Source of the DNA: the human T2T-CHM13v2.0 reference genome, Homo sapiens
Assembly (NCBI RefSeq): GCF_009914755.1
Contig: NC_060925.1
Length of the DNA: 64,000 bases
Strand: one strand, 5' to 3'
Each line of letters starts with the position of its first letter. Position 1 is the stretch's first letter. Shown here in pieces: positions 26,760 to 48,270 of the stretch. The notes beneath the pieces were generated by a model, which saw only the letters and a list, made by a program, of their open reading frames with translations, ran no database searches and was not told where the DNA came from. The position numbers and the translations under genes are program-made.

Positions 26760-27803
26760 GTCGCAAGTTGTTGGGAGAGCCTCAGCTGGAATTTCACGGA
26801 TGGACAAGGGCACAGAGAGGCCAGCGGGCTCCCTTGCACGTTAACCGGGGTGGGCAATGAGTGCAGATCTAACCAGGAGGTCAGCAAAGAGAGCTAGATG
26901 TCTGCTTTCTGCCATCAGGCGCTCCATGGTGGTAGCTGGGAGGCTGCAGGGGCACGGGCGGCCCAGCGACGCTGTCGCGGAGGCGAGGAGGGGGCGAGCT
27001 GCTGGAGTGTCAGGCCTGGACGCTGCACGGGCCTGCTGTTTCACGGGACGGCGGTCTCCACCCAGCCCAGGGGAGGACGAATTTTCCGGGGGTGGGGGGT
27101 GGGGGTGGGGTGGGGATGGTCAGGTGGGGGTGGGGCGGTAGGAAGCCATGAGAGCTCTGCCCAGGCTGCTCCGACAGCACAGGCGGTGGCCCGCAAACAC
27201 GCACGTGCACAGTAGGCGGCCCAATTGCTTTTACCTGGGCCGGCTGTGGGATCCCTGGGATGCCCAGGAAAAAATGCAGTTCTTCGCTGGGTGGAGTCTC
27301 TCACTGGGCCTAGACCTAGAAGGCAGGAATCCTAGGCCAGTCAGCCCAGTGATGGGGGTGGAGGGAAGACACGCCCCTCCATAGTCAGCCAGGTGTTCCC
27401 TGAGAAAGAGAGGCCACCGCCCTGCCCCGACCCAACCCGTCCCAACCCCGCGTCCTAAAGCTCCTTCAGCAGAGCCCGGTAATCTTCCTCGCTGGGGGGT
27501 GCTTCCATCGAGGCGGCCTCTTCCAAGGCCTCCAGCTCCCCTGGTGCCTCCGTTTCTAGGACAGGTTGCAACTGCTGCAAAATCTCTGGGCTCACCAGGA
27601 GCTCATCCAGCAGCAGGCCGGAGGGGAGTCTAGACGAGCTCCCAGGCTCCTGGAGCACCTGTGACGGGGCCGGGATGCATTGCATCTGCCCCTGCCATGT
27701 GGAGGCCTCCGGGGGCACAGGATGGCGAGGTGGAGATGCCCCGGCTTGGGGTTCCCCCGCCACCTCTGCGACCTGGGGAACCTGGAACCATCCCCACTAC
27801 GGA
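26760..27803 (-). pseudogene. DUX4L: DUX4-like fragment D: C-terminal domain, exon 2, intron 2 and exon 3/pLAM only (homeoboxes lost)
   Basis: ORF 27455..27763 ends LLLDELL...[11 protein letters not shown]. Homology is cut at ~27803 by the inversion breakpoint. Confidence 0.9.
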
Positions 27804-27844
27804 TGCCCAGGAAAGAATGGCAGTTCTCCACTGCCTAGAAAACT

Positions 27845-28572
27845 CAGCCTAGACAACAGTTACATCACCTCGTTTAACATGCAGAGATATGTCAAAATGG
27901 CCCTGTTGGCAGAGCCTACACAAGTGTTACATCACTTAGGTGATCAGTGCAGAGATATGTCACAATACCCCCTGTAAGCAGAGCCAAGATAAAAGTTATA
28001 TCACCTGGGTGATCAGTGCAGAGATATATGACAAGGCCACTTTAAGCAGAGCCTAGACAATAGTTACATCACCTGAGTGATCAGTGCAGAGATCTGTCAC
28101 AATGCCCCTTTAGGCAGAGCTTAGACCAGAGTTACATCACCTGGGTGATCAGTGCAGAGATATGTCAAAATGCCCCCATAGGCAAATCCAAGACAAGAGT
28201 CCGCCACCTGGGTGATCAGTGCAGAAATATGTGACAATGCCCCCACGAGACAGAGCCTAGAGAAGTGTCCCATCACAGGGGTGATCATTGCAGAGATATG
28301 TCACAAAGCCCCCATACACAGAGCATAGACAAGTGTCCCATCACCTGGGTGATCAGTGCAGATATATGTCACAATGCCCCCATAGGCAGATCCAACACAA
28401 GAGTTACATCACCTGGGTGATCAGTGTAGAGATATGTCACAATGTCCCATAGGCAGAGCCTATACAAAAGTCCGATCCCCTCGGTGATCAGTGCAGAGAT
28501 ATGTCACAAAGCCCCTGTAGGCAGAGCCTAGAAAAGAGTTACATCACTTTGTTGATCAGCTCAGAGATGTGT
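27845..28572 (+). repeat. Beta satellite block 3 (inverted orientation)
   Basis: Monomers read GATCAGTGCAGAGATATGTCACAATGCCCC on the + strand. Confidence 0.95.
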
Positions 28573-31316
<2,744 letters not shown>

Positions 31317-34300
31317 TCTCTTTAGTCAAAGCCTGGAGAACAGTTACATCTCCTGGATTATCAGTTCAGAAACATGTCACAATGTCCCCTCACTGTGGAG
31401 CCTAGAGAAGATTTGCATCATTTGGGTGATCAGTGCAGAGATAGATATATCACAATGTCCCCTGTACAAAAAGCCTGGAAATGATTTAAATCACCTCGGT
31501 GATCAGAGCATAGGTATGTCAGAAATCCCCAGTAGGCTGAACCTAGACAAGGGTTACATCACTTAGGTGATCAGTGTAGAGATATGTGAAAATTCCCATG
31601 TAGACAGAGCCTAGACAAGTGTTACATCATCTAGTGATCAGTGCAGGGATAAGTCGTAAAGCCTCCTATAGGCAGAGGGTAGTCAAGTGTTTCCTCCCTG
31701 GGGTGAACAGTTCAGAGATATGTCACAAAGCCCCTGTAAGCAGAACCTTGACAAGGGTTACATGACCTGTTTGATCAGTGGAAATGTATACCACAAAGCC
31801 CCCTGTAGGCAAAGCCCAGACAATTGTTACATCACCTGGGTGAGGAGTGGAGAGATCTGTCAGAATGCCCCTGTAGGCAAGCTTAGACAAGGGTTACATC
31901 ACCTGGGTGATCCGTGCAGAGATATGTCAAAACGCTCCTGTAGGCTGAACCAAGACAGGAGTTCCATCACCCGGGTGATCAGTGCAGAGATATGTGAGAA
32001 TCCCCGTGTAGGCAGAGTCTAGACAAGTGTTACATCAGCTAGGTTAGCAATGCAGGTATAAGTCATAAAGCGTCCTGTAGGCTGAGCTTAGACAAGAGTT
32101 CCCTCCCGAGGGTGATCAGTGCAGAGATGTGTCACAAAGCCCCTGTAGGCAGAGCCTAGACAAGAGTTTCATCACTTGGTTGATCAGTTCAGAGATGTGT
32201 CACAATGTCCACGTAGGCAGATCTAAGACAAGAGTCCATCACCTAGGTGATCAGTGCAGAGATATGTACCAATGTTCCCTGTAGGCAGTGCCTAGACAAG
32301 AGTTGCATCACCTCAGAAATCAGTGCATAGATATGTCACAAAGCCTTCTGTAGGCCAAGCCCATCCAAGGCTTACATCACTTAGGTGATCAGTGCAGTGA
32401 TATGTCACAAAAATCCCTGTAGACAGAGCCTAGAAAAGAGTTACATCACCTGAGTGATCAGTACAGATATTTGACACAATGTCCCCATAGACAGAGCCTA
32501 GACAAGATTTCCATCACCTGGGTGATCAGTGCAGAGATATTTCACAATGCTCCCTGTAGGCAGGGAGTGGACAAGAGTTACATAACCTAGGTGATCTGTG
32601 CAGAGCTATGTCAAAACGACCCTGCAGGCAGAGCCTAGATAAATGCTACATCACCTAGGTGATCAGTGCAGAGATACGTCACGATACTCCCTGTAGGTGG
32701 AGAATAGACAAGAGTTACATCACCTGGGTGATCAGTGCAGAGATATGTCACAAAGAACCCTGTAGGCAGAGCATAGACAAGAGTTACACCACCTGTGTGA
32801 TCAGTGCAGAAATATGTCACAAAGCCCCTGTAGGCAGAGCCTAGACAAGAGTTACATCTCCTGGGTTATCAGTGCAAAGACATTTCACAAAGCCCCCTGT
32901 AGACAAATCCCAGAAAATTGTTACATCATCTGGGTGATCAGTGGAGATATCTGTAACACTTCCCCTGTAGACGCAGTGTAGACAAGCGTTATATCACATG
33001 AGTGATCAGTGCAGAGATATGTCACTATGCCCTATAGGCAGATCCAACAGAAGAGCCCATAACCTGGGTGATCAGTGCAGAAATATGCCACAATGCCACC
33101 AGTAGGCAGATATAGACAAGAGTTACATCACCTGCGTGATCACTGCAGAGTTATGTAACAATGCCCCTGTAGGCAGATCCTAGACAAGAGTCCCATTACC
33201 TGGGTGATCAGTGCAGGGTTATGTCACAATGCCCCCTTTTGGCAGAGCCTAGACAAGGATTATATCACGTGGGTGATCAGTGAAGAGATGTGTCACAAGC
33301 CCCCTGTAGCCAGAGCCCTGACAAATTTTACATCAGCTGTGTGATCAGTGCAGTGACATGTCACAATGTCCCTGTAGCCATATCCTTGAAAAAGACATCA
33401 CCTGGGTGATCAGTGCAGAGAGTTGTCACAATGTCTCCAGTAGGCAGAGCCTAGACAAGAGTTACATCACCTGGGTGACCAGGTCAGAGATATGCCACAA
33501 TGCCCCCTGTAAGCAGATCCCAGACAAGTGTTGCATAACCTCGGTGATCAGTGCAGAGATATGTCTCAATGCCCCCTGTCGCGAAGCCTATACAAGAGTT
33601 AAATCGTCTCGGTGATCAGTGCAGTGATACGTTAAAATGCCCCAGTAGGCAGAGCCTGTACAAGAGTTCCATCACCGGGGTGATCAGTGCAGAGATATGT
33701 CATAAATCCCACTGTAGGCACAGCCTAGACATGTTTTACATCACCTCAGCGATCAGTGTAGAGATATGTCCCAATGTCCGTCTAGGCAGAGCTTAGACAA
33801 GAGTCACATCTCCTGGGTGATCAGTACAGAGATAAGTCACAATGCCCCCATAGGCAGAGCCTAGACAAGTGTTACATAACCCACGAGATTCATGCAGACT
33901 GATGTCACAACTCCCTCTGTAGGCAGAGACTAGAAAAGAGTTACATCACCTGGGTGATCAGTGCAGATTTATGTCACAATGCCCCCTGCAGGCAGAGCAT
34001 AGAGAAGAGTTGCATCACCTGGGTGATCAGTGTAGAGATATGTCACAATGTCCCCTGTAGGCAGAGCTTAGAGAAGAGTTGCATCACCTGGGTGATCAGT
34101 GCAGAGATATGTCACAATGTCCCCTGTATGCAAAGCCTAGGTAAGAGTTACATCACCTTTGTAATCAGTTCAGGGATCTGTGAAAACGCACATGTAGGCA
34201 GAGCCTACACAAGAGTTACATCACCTATTTGATCAGTGCAGAGATATCTCACAATACCCACTGTAAGCAGAGCCTAGACAAGAGTTACATCACCTGGGTG

Positions 34301-37042
34301 ATCAGTGAAGAGATATGTAATAAATCCCACTGTAGGCAAAGCCTAGACAAGTTTTACATCAACTCATCGACCAGTGCAGAGATATATCCCAATGTCCCTC
34401 TAGGCAGAGTTTAGACAAGAGACACATCTCCTGCGTGATCAATGCAGGGCTAAGTCACAATGCCCCCATAGACAGAGCCTAGATGAGAGTTACATAACCC
34501 GGGTGATCCGTGCAGAGTTATGTCACAACGCCCTCTGTGGGCAGAGACTAGAAAATAGTTACATTACCTGGGTGATCTGTGCAGAGATATGTCACAATTA
34601 CCCCTGTAAGCAGAGCATAGAGAAGAGTTGCATCACCTGGGTGATCAGTGCAGAGATATGTCACAATGTCCCCTGTAGGCAGAGCATAGAGAAGAGTTGC
34701 ATCACCTGGGAGATCAGTGCAGAGATATGTCACAATGTCCTCTGTAGGGAAAGCCTAGGCAAGAGTTACATCACCTTTGTCATCAGTTCACGGATATGTG
34801 AAAACGCCCCTGTAGGCAGAGCCTAGACAAGAGTTACATCCCCTAGTTGATCATTGCAGAGATATTTCACTATACCGCCTGTAGGCAGATCCTAGACAAG
34901 AGTTGAGTCACCTGAGTGATCAGTGCAGAGATATTTCACAATGCCCCCTTTGGGCAGAGGGTAGACAACAGTTACATCACCTAGGTGATCAGTGCAGAGA
35001 TTTGTCAAAATTCCCTGTAGGCAGTGCTTATAAAACTGTTACATCACCCAAGTGAACAATGCAGAGATATGTCACAAAGCTCCTGTAGGCAGAACTTAGA
35101 TGAGTTACATCACCTGCATGATCAGGGCAAATGTATGTCACAAAGCCCCTTGTAGGCAAAGCCTAGACAATAGTTACTTTACTTGGGTGATCAGTGGCGA
35201 GTTCTCTCACAGTTCCCCTGTAGGCAGAGCTTATACAACAGTTACATCACCTGGGTGATCAGTGCAGAGATGTGTCACAATGCCCCCATAGGCAGATCCA
35301 TGACAAGAGTCCGTCACCTGGGTGATCAGTGCAGAAATATTTCACAATGCTACCTTAGGCAGAGCTTAGACAAAAGCCCCTTCACCTGGATGATCAGTGC
35401 AGAGTTATGTCACAGAGTCCCTTTATGCAGATCCTAGACAAGAGTTACATCACTTGGATGATCAGTGCAGGGATATGTCACAATGCCACTGTAGGCAGAG
35501 CCTAGACAAGAGTTACACGACTTACGTGATCAGTGCAGAGATACATCGCAATGTCCCTGTAGGCAGAGCCTTGAGAAGTGGTACATCACCTGGGTGATCA
35601 TTGCAGGGATATGTCACACAGCACCCTGTAGGCAGATCCTAGAAAAGAGTTACATCACCTGTGTGATCCGTGCAGAGATATGTCACAATGCCACTGTAGG
35701 CAGAGACTAGAGAAGAGTTACATGACCTAGGTGATCAGTGCAGATACATCGCAATGTACCTGTAGGCAGAGCCTTGACAATTCCTATATCACCTGGGTGA
35801 TCATTGCAGTGATATGTCACAAAGCACCCTCTAAGCAGATCCTAGAGAAGAGTTATATCACCTGGGTGATCACTGCAGACTTATGTCACATGACCCCTGT
35901 AGGCAGAGCCTAGATAAGAGTTTTATCACCTGGGTGGTCAGTGCAGTGCTTTGTCACAATGCCGTGTAGCCAGAGACTATACTAAATTTACAGCACCTGG
36001 GAGATCAGTGCAGAGATATGTCACAATGTCCCCAGTAGGCAGAGACCCGGCCAGAGTTGGATCACCTCGGGATCAGTGCAGAGATATGTCTCAATCCCCC
36101 TGTGGGCACAGCCTAGACAGCAGTTACATCACAGTGGTTACCAGTGCAGAGTTATGTCAAAATGCCCCTGTAGGCAGAGCCTACACAAGTGTTATATCAC
36201 TTAGGTGATCAGTGCAGTGATATGTCACAATACCCCCTGTAAGCAGAGCCCAGACAAGTGTTACGTCACCTGGGTGTTCAGTGCAGAAATATGTGACAAT
36301 GCCCCCTTAAGCAGAGCCTAGATGATAGTTACATCACCTTAGTGATTAGTGCAGATATCTGTCACAATGCCCCTTTAGGCAGAGCTTAGACCAGAGTTAC
36401 ATCACCTGGGTGATCAGTGCAGAGATATGTCACAATGCCCCCATAGGCAAATCCAAGGCAAGAGTCCGTCACCTGGGTGATCAGTGCAGATATATGTGAC
36501 AATGCCCCCAGTAGGCAGAGCCTAGAGAAGAGTCCCATCACCTGGGTGATCAGTGCAGAGATATTTCACAATGCCCCTGCAGGCAGAGCGTAAGCAATAG
36601 TTACATCACCTAAATTATCAGTGCAGAAATATGTCACAAGGCCCCCTATATGCAGAGCCTGGACAACAGATACATCACCTCGGTGATCAATGCAGTGATA
36701 TGTCACTATGCCCCGTAGGCAGAGCCTAGTCAAGCGTTACATCACCTGGGTGACCAGTGCAGAGATATGTCACAAAGCCCCCATACACAGAGCCTAGACA
36801 AGAGTCCCATCACCTGGGTGATCAGTGCAGAAATATGTCACAATGCCCCCATAGGCAGATCCAACGCAATAGTTACATCACCTGGGTGATCAGTGTAGAG
36901 ATATGTCACAATGCCCCCATAGGCAAAGCCTGGACAAAAGTCCCATCAGCAGGGTAATCAGTGCAGAGATATGTCACAAAGCCCCTGTAGGCAGAGCCTA
37001 GACAAGAGTTACATCACTTTGTTGATCAGTTTAGAGATGTGT
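31317..37042 (+). repeat. Beta satellite block 4
   Basis: 68-bp monomers in + orientation. Confidence 0.96.
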
Positions 37043-39808
<2,766 letters not shown>

Positions 39809-42800
39809 CCTCCTTAGTCAAAGCCTGGAGAATAGTTACATCTCCTGGATGATCAGTTCAGAAACATGTCACAATGTCCCCTCCCTGTGGAGCCTAGAGA
39901 AGATTTGCATCATTTGGGTGATCAGTGCAGAGATATATCACAATGTCCCCTGTACAAAAAGCCTGGAAATGATTTACATCACCTAGGTGATCAGTGCATA
40001 GGTATGTTGGAAATCCCCAGTAGGCTGAACCTAGACAAGGGTTACATCACTTAGGTGATCAGTGTAGAGACATGTGAAAATTCCCGTGTAGACACAGACT
40101 ATACAAGTGTTACATCACCTAGTGATCAGTGCAGGGATAAGTCGTAAAGCCTCCTGTAGGCAGAGTGTAGACAACTGTTTCTTCCCTGGGGTGATCAGTG
40201 CAGGGCTATGTCACAAAGACCCTGTAAGCAGAAACTTGACAAGGGTTGCATCACCTGTTTGATCAGTGGAAATGTATATCACAAAGAACCCTTTAGGCAA
40301 AGCCCAGACAATTGATACATCACCTGGGTGAGCAGTGGAGAGATCTGTCAAAATGCCCCTATAGGCAGAGCTTAGACAAGGGTTACATCACCTGGGTGAT
40401 CAGTGCAGAGATTTGTCAAAACGCTCCTGTAGGCTGAACCCACAAAGGAGTAACATCACCTGGGTGATCAGTGCAGAGATATGTGACAATTCCCGCGTAG
40501 GCAGAGCCCAGACAAGTGTTACATCACCTAGGTTATCAGTGCAGGTATAAGTCATAAAGCCTCCTGTACGCAGAGCGTAGACAGGAGTTCCCTCCCCAGG
40601 TTGAACAGTGCAGAGATGTATCACAAAGCACCTGTAGGCAGAGCCTAGACAAGAGTTTCATCACTCAGTTGATCAGTTCAGAGATGTGTCACAATGTCCA
40701 TGTAGGCAGATCTAAGATGAGAGTCCATCACCTGGGTGATCAATGAAGAGATATGTACCAATGTCCACTGTAGGCAGCGCCTAGGCAAGAGTTGCATCAC
40801 CTCAGAGGTCACTGCATAGATATGTCTCAAAGCCTTCTGTAGGCAAAGCCCATACAAGGCTTACATCACCTAGGTGATCAGTGCAGTGATATGTCACAAA
40901 AATCCCTGTAGACAGAGCCTAGAAAAGAGTTACATCACCTGGGTGATCAGTGCAGATATTTGACACAATGTCCCCATAGACAGAGCCTAGACAAGACTTC
41001 CATCACCTGGGTGATCAGTGAAGAGATATGTCACAAATCCCCCTTTAGGCAGAGCATAGAGAAGAGTCCCATCACCTGGGTGATCAGTGCAGAGATATTT
41101 CACAATGCCCCCTGTAGACAGAGAGTGGACAAGAGTTACATAACCTAGGTGCTCTATGCAGAGCTATGTCAAAACGCCCCAGTAGGCAGAGCCTAGATAA
41201 ATGTTACATCACCTGGGAGATCAGTGCAGAGATACGTCACAATACACCCTGTACGTGGAGCCTAGACAAGAGTTACATCACCTGGGTGATCAGTGCAGTG
41301 ACACGTCAAAGTAACCCCTGTAGTCAGAGCCAAAACAAGAGTTACATCTCCTGGGTGATCAGTGCAAACATAAGTCACAAAGCCCCTGGTAGACAAATCC
41401 CAAAAAATTGTTACATCACCTGGGTGATCAGTGCAGAGATATGTCACAATGCCCCTTGTAGGCAGAGCATACAGAAGAGTTGTATCACCTGGGTGATCAG
41501 TGCAGAGATATGTCACAATGTCCCCTATAGGCAGAGCATTGAGAAGAGTTGCATCACCTGGGTGATCAGTGCAGAGATATGTCACAATGGCCCCTGTAGG
41601 CAGAGCATAGAGAAGAGTTGCATCACCTGGGTGATCAGTGCAGAGATATATCACAATGTCCCCTGTAAGCAAAGCCTAGGCAAGAGTTACATCACCTTTG
41701 TCATCAGTTCAGGGATATGTGAAAACGCCCCTGTAGGGAGAGCCTAGACAAGAGTTACATCACCTAGTTGATCAGTGCAGAGATATATCACAATACCCAC
41801 TGTAGGCAGATCCTAGACAAGAGTTGAATCACCTGGGTGATCATTGCACAGATATTTCACAATGCTCCCTTTGGGCAGAGGGTAGACAAGAGTTACATCA
41901 CCTAGGTGATCAGTGCAGAGATTTGTCAAAATCCCTGTAGGCAGTGCTTATAAAAGTGTCACATCACCGAAGTGATCAGTGCGGAGATATGTCACAAAGC
42001 TCCTGTAGGCAGAACTTAGATGAGTTACGTCACCTGGGTGATCAGTGCAAAGGTATGTCACAAAGCCCCCTGTAGGCAAAGCCGAGACAATAGGTACATC
42101 ACTTGGGTGATCAGTGGCGAGATCTCTCACAATTCCCCTGATTGCAGAGCTTATACAACAGTGACATCACCTGGGTGATCAGTGCAGAGATATGTCACAA
42201 TGCCCCCATAGGCAGATCCAAGACAAGAGTCCGTCACCTGGGTGATCAGTGCAGAAATATGTCACAATGCCCCCTTAGGCAGAGCCTAGACAAAAGCCCC
42301 ATCACCGGGATGATCTGTGCAGAGTTATGTCACAAAGTACCTTTAGGCAGATCCTAGACAAGTGTTACATCACTTGGATGATCAGTGCAGAGATATGTCA
42401 CAATGCCACTGTAGGCAGAGCCTAGACAAGAGTTACATGACCTAGGTGATCAGTGCAGAGACACAACACAATGTCACTGTAGGCAGAGCCTTGACAAGTG
42501 GTACATCACCTGGGTGATCATTGCTGGTATATGTCACAAAGCACCCTGTAGGCAGATCCTAGAAAAGAGTTACAACACCTGGGTGATCAGTGCAGAGTTA
42601 TGTCACAATGCCACTGTAGGCAGAGACTAGACAATAGTTACATGACCTAGGTGATCAGTGCAGAGATACATCGCAATGCCCCGGTAGGTAGAGCCTTGAC
42701 AAGTGTTATATCACCAGGGTGATCATTGCAGGAATATGTCACAAAGCACCCTGTAGGCAGATCCTAGAAAAGAGTTATATCACCTGGGTGATCAGTGCAG

Positions 42801-45598
42801 AGATATGTCACAAGCCCCCTGTAGGGAGAGCCTAGACAAGAGTTATATCACCTAGGTGATCAGTGCAGTGATATGTCACAATGCCGTGGAGCCAGAGCCT
42901 AGACATAAATTACAGAACCTGGGAGATCTGTGCAGAGATATGGTACAATGTCCCCAGTAGGCAGAGACCAGGCAAGAGTTGGATCACCTCGGGATCAGTG
43001 CAGAGATATGTCTCAATCCCCCTGTGGGCACAGCCTAGACAAGAGTTACATCACCTCAGTTAACAGTGCAGAGATATTTCAAAATGCCCCTGTAGGCATA
43101 ACCTACACAAGTGTTACATCACTTAGGGGATCAGTGCAGAGATAAGAAACAATACCCTCTGTAAGCAGAGCCTAGACAATGTTTACATCACCTGGGTGAT
43201 CAGTGCAGAGATATGTCATAAATCCCACTGAAGGCGAAGCCTAGACATGTTTTACATCACCTCAGCGATCAGTGCAGAGATATGTCCCAATGTCCCTCTA
43301 GGCAGAGCTTAGACAATAGTCACATCTCCTGAGTGATCAGTGCAGAGATAAGTCAGAATGCCCCCATAGGCAGAGTCTAGAGAAGAGTTACATAACCCAT
43401 GTGATCTCTGCAGAGTGATGTCACAAAGTCCTCTGTAGGCAGAGATTAGAAAAGAGTTACATCACCTGGGTGATCATTGCAGAGATTTGTCACAATGCCC
43501 TTTGTAGGCAGAGCATAGAGAAGAGTTGTGTCACCTGGGTGATCAGTGCAGAGATATGTCACAATGTCCCCCGTAGGCAAAGCCTAGGCAAGAGATACAT
43601 CACCTTTGACATCAGTTCACGGATATGTGAAACCGCCCCTGTAGGCAGAGCCTAGACAAGAGTTACATCACCTAGTTGATCAGTGTAGAGATATTTCACA
43701 ATGCTCCCTTTGGGCAGATGGTAGACAAGAGTTACATCACCAAGGTGATCCGTGCAGAGATTTGTCAAAATTCCCTGTAGGCAGTGCTTATAAAAGTGTT
43801 ACATCACCTAAGTGATCAGTGCAGAGATATGTCACAAAGCTCCTGTAGGCAGAACTTAGATGAGCTACATCACCTGGGTGATCAGTGCAATGGTATGTCA
43901 CAAAGCCCCCTGTAGGCAAACCCCAGACAATAGTTACATCCCTTGGGTGATCAGTGGCGAGATCTCTCTCAATTCCCCTGTAGGCAGAGGTTATACAACA
44001 GTTACATCACCTCGGTTATCAGTGCAGAGATATGTCACAATGCCCCCATAGGCAGATCCAAGACAAGAGTCCATCACCTGGGTGATCAGTGCAGAAATAT
44101 GTCACAATGCCCCGTTAGGCAGAGCCTAGACAAAAAACCCATCACCTGGATGATCAGTGCAGAGTTATGTCACAAAGTCCCTTTAGGCAGTTCCTAGACA
44201 AGAGTTACATCATTTGGATTATCACTGCAGATATATGTCATAATGCCACTATAGGCAGAGCCTAGACAAGAGTTACATGACCTAGGTGATCAGTGCAGAG
44301 ATACATCGCAATGCCCCTGTAGGTAGAGCCTTGACAAGTGGTATATCACCTGGGTGATCATCTCAGGGATATGTCACAAAGCACCCTGTAGGCACATCGT
44401 AGAGAAGAGTTATATCACCTGGGTGATCAGTGCAGAGATATGTCACAAGCCCCCTGCAGGCAGTGCCTAGACAAGAGTTATATAACCTGGGTGATCAGTG
44501 CAGTGATATGTTACAATGCCATGTAGCCAGAGCGTAGGCTAAAGTTACAACACCTGGGAGATCAGTGCAGAGATATGTCACAATGTCCCCAGTAGGCAGA
44601 GACCAGGCAAGAGTTAGGTCACCTCGGGATCCGTGCAGAGATATGTCTCAATCCCCCTGTGGGCACAGCCTAGAGAAGGGTTACATCACCTCGGTTAACA
44701 GTGCAGAGATATGTCAAAATGTCCCTGTAGGCAGAGCCTACACAATGTTACATCACCTGTGTGATCGGTGCAGAGATATGTCACAATACCCCCTGTAAGC
44801 AGAGCCTAGAAAAGAGTTACATCACCTGGGTGTTCAGTGCTGAGATATGTGACAAGGCCCCTTTAAGCAGAGCCTAGACAATAGTTACATCATCTGAGTG
44901 ATCAGTGCAGAGATCTGTCACAATGCCCCTTTAGGCAGAGTTTAGTCCAGAGTTACATCACCAGGGTGATCAGTGCAGAGATATGTCACAATGCCCCCAT
45001 AGGCAAATCCAAGACAAGAGTCCGTCACCTGCGTGATCAGTGCAGAAATATGTGACAATGCCCCCAGTATGCAGAGCCTAGAGAAGAGTCCCATCAGCTG
45101 GGTGATCAGTGCAGAGATATTTCAAAATGCCCCTGCAGGCAGAGCATAAGCAAGAGTTACATCCCCTAGATGATCAGTGCAGAGATATGTCACAAGCTCC
45201 CCTATAGGCAGAGCCTGGACAAGAGTTACATCACCTCAGTGATCAATGCAGTGATATGTCACTATGCCCTGTAGGCAGAGCCTAGTCAAGCGTTACATCA
45301 CCTGGGTGATCAGTGCAGAGATATGTCACAAAGCCCCAATACACAGAGCCCAGACGAGGGTCCCATCACCTGGGTGATCAGTGCAGAAATATGTCACAAC
45401 GCCCCCATAGGCAGATCCAACACAATAGTTATATCACCTGGGTGATCAGTGTAGAGATATGTCACAATGCCCCCATAGGCAGAGCCTAGACAAAGGTCCC
45501 ATCAGCTGGGTGATCAGTGCAGAGATATGTCACAAAGCCCCTGTAGGCAGAGCCTAGACAAAAGTTACATCACTTTGTTGATCAGTTCAGAGATGTGT
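39809..45598 (+). repeat. Beta satellite block 5
   Basis: 68-bp monomers in + orientation. Confidence 0.96.
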
Positions 45599-46215
45599 CA
45601 TGCTGACTGTTTGCTCCCGGACCTCTGTGCGCACCTGAAAACATGCAGGGAAGGGTGGAAGACCCGCATGGTGCCTTCGCTCTCCTTGCCAGTTTCCAAA
45701 CCGGCCACACTGCAGACACCCTATGTTGCCGCACACGGGAATCCATCGTCAGGCCATAGCACTTGGGAGGCATCTTCTCTCTGGGGTCTCGCTCTGGTCT
45801 CCTACGTGAAAATGAACGAGAGCCACACGCTTGCATGTGTGAGACAGTCCCGGCAATGGCAACACCCACAGGCATTGCCTACTTCATGGAGAGAGGGCCT
45901 GGAACAGTCCAGACTCTCACGGAGGTTCAGTTCCCCACTCCCCTCCACCCTCCCAGGCTGGTTTCTCCCTGCTGAAGTAACGTGGGAGCCCAGAGAGCGG
46001 CTTTCAGTTCCCACGGGATTCCTGGAGAGGTCCGGAGAGCCAGCCTGCGAAACGGGCCCCCCTCACACCTTCCCCCTTGCCCCCTTCCTCTTCTTCTCTC
46101 CGGTCAAACCACCGCCATCACCCCGCCCTCCGCCCCCAACCCACCACAAAACGACCGCAGGCCTCGACGCCCTGGGACCCTTCGAGGGTGGGGTGGGCTC
46201 TCCCAGGGCTCACCC

Positions 46216-46242
46216 CCATTCATGAAGGGGTGGAGCCTGCCT
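46216..46242 (+). promoter_or_regulatory. D4Z4-binding element (DBE) 27-mer of copy G
   Basis: CCATTCATGAAGGGGTGGAGCCTGCCT, identical to the element in copy B. The TATA box downstream is mutated (TTTAAAAG). Confidence 0.75.
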
Positions 46243-46375
46243 GCCTGCTGGCCTTTAAAAGAGCCGCTGGCTGGCTGTCCGGGCAGGCCTCCTGGCTGCA
46301 CCTGCCGCAGTGCACAGGCCGGCTGAGGTGCACGGGAGCCCGCCAGCCTCTCTCTGCCTGTGTCCATCCGTGTAA

Positions 46376-47665
<1,290 letters not shown>

Positions 47666-48270
47666 GACGCGGGGTTGGGACGGGGTCAGGTCGGGGCAGG
47701 GCGGTGGTCTCTCTTTAACGGGGAACACTTGGCTGGCTATGGAGGGGCGTGTCCTCACACCGACCCCTCCACCGGTCTGACTGGCCTGGGATTCCTGCCA
47801 TCTAGGTCTAGGCCCGGTGAGAGGCTCCACACAGCGCAGAACTGCCATTCTTCCCTGGGCTTTCCAGGGATCCCAGAGCCGGCACAGGTACCACCAGGTG
47901 GGCCGCCTACTGGGCACGCGCGGGTTTGCCGGCAGCCGCCTGGGCTGTGGGAACAGCCCGGGTAGAGCTCTCATGCCTTTCCAGCACCCCACCCCCGCCT
48001 GACCACCGCATCCCCACTCCCACCCCCACCCCCGGAAAATGCATCCTCCCCTGGGCTGGGTGGAGACCCCCATCCCGCAAAACACCGGACACGCACGGCG
48101 TCCAGGCCTGACACCCCTCTGGCGGCTCGCCTCTTCTGCGCCTCCGCACCACAGTCGCCGGACCTCCCATGCACCTGCAACCTCCCAACTGTCACCATGT
48201 AGCGCCTGGCGGCGGAACGCAGTCATCTAGCTCTCTTTGCCGGCCTCCTGACTAGACCTGCGCTCATTGC

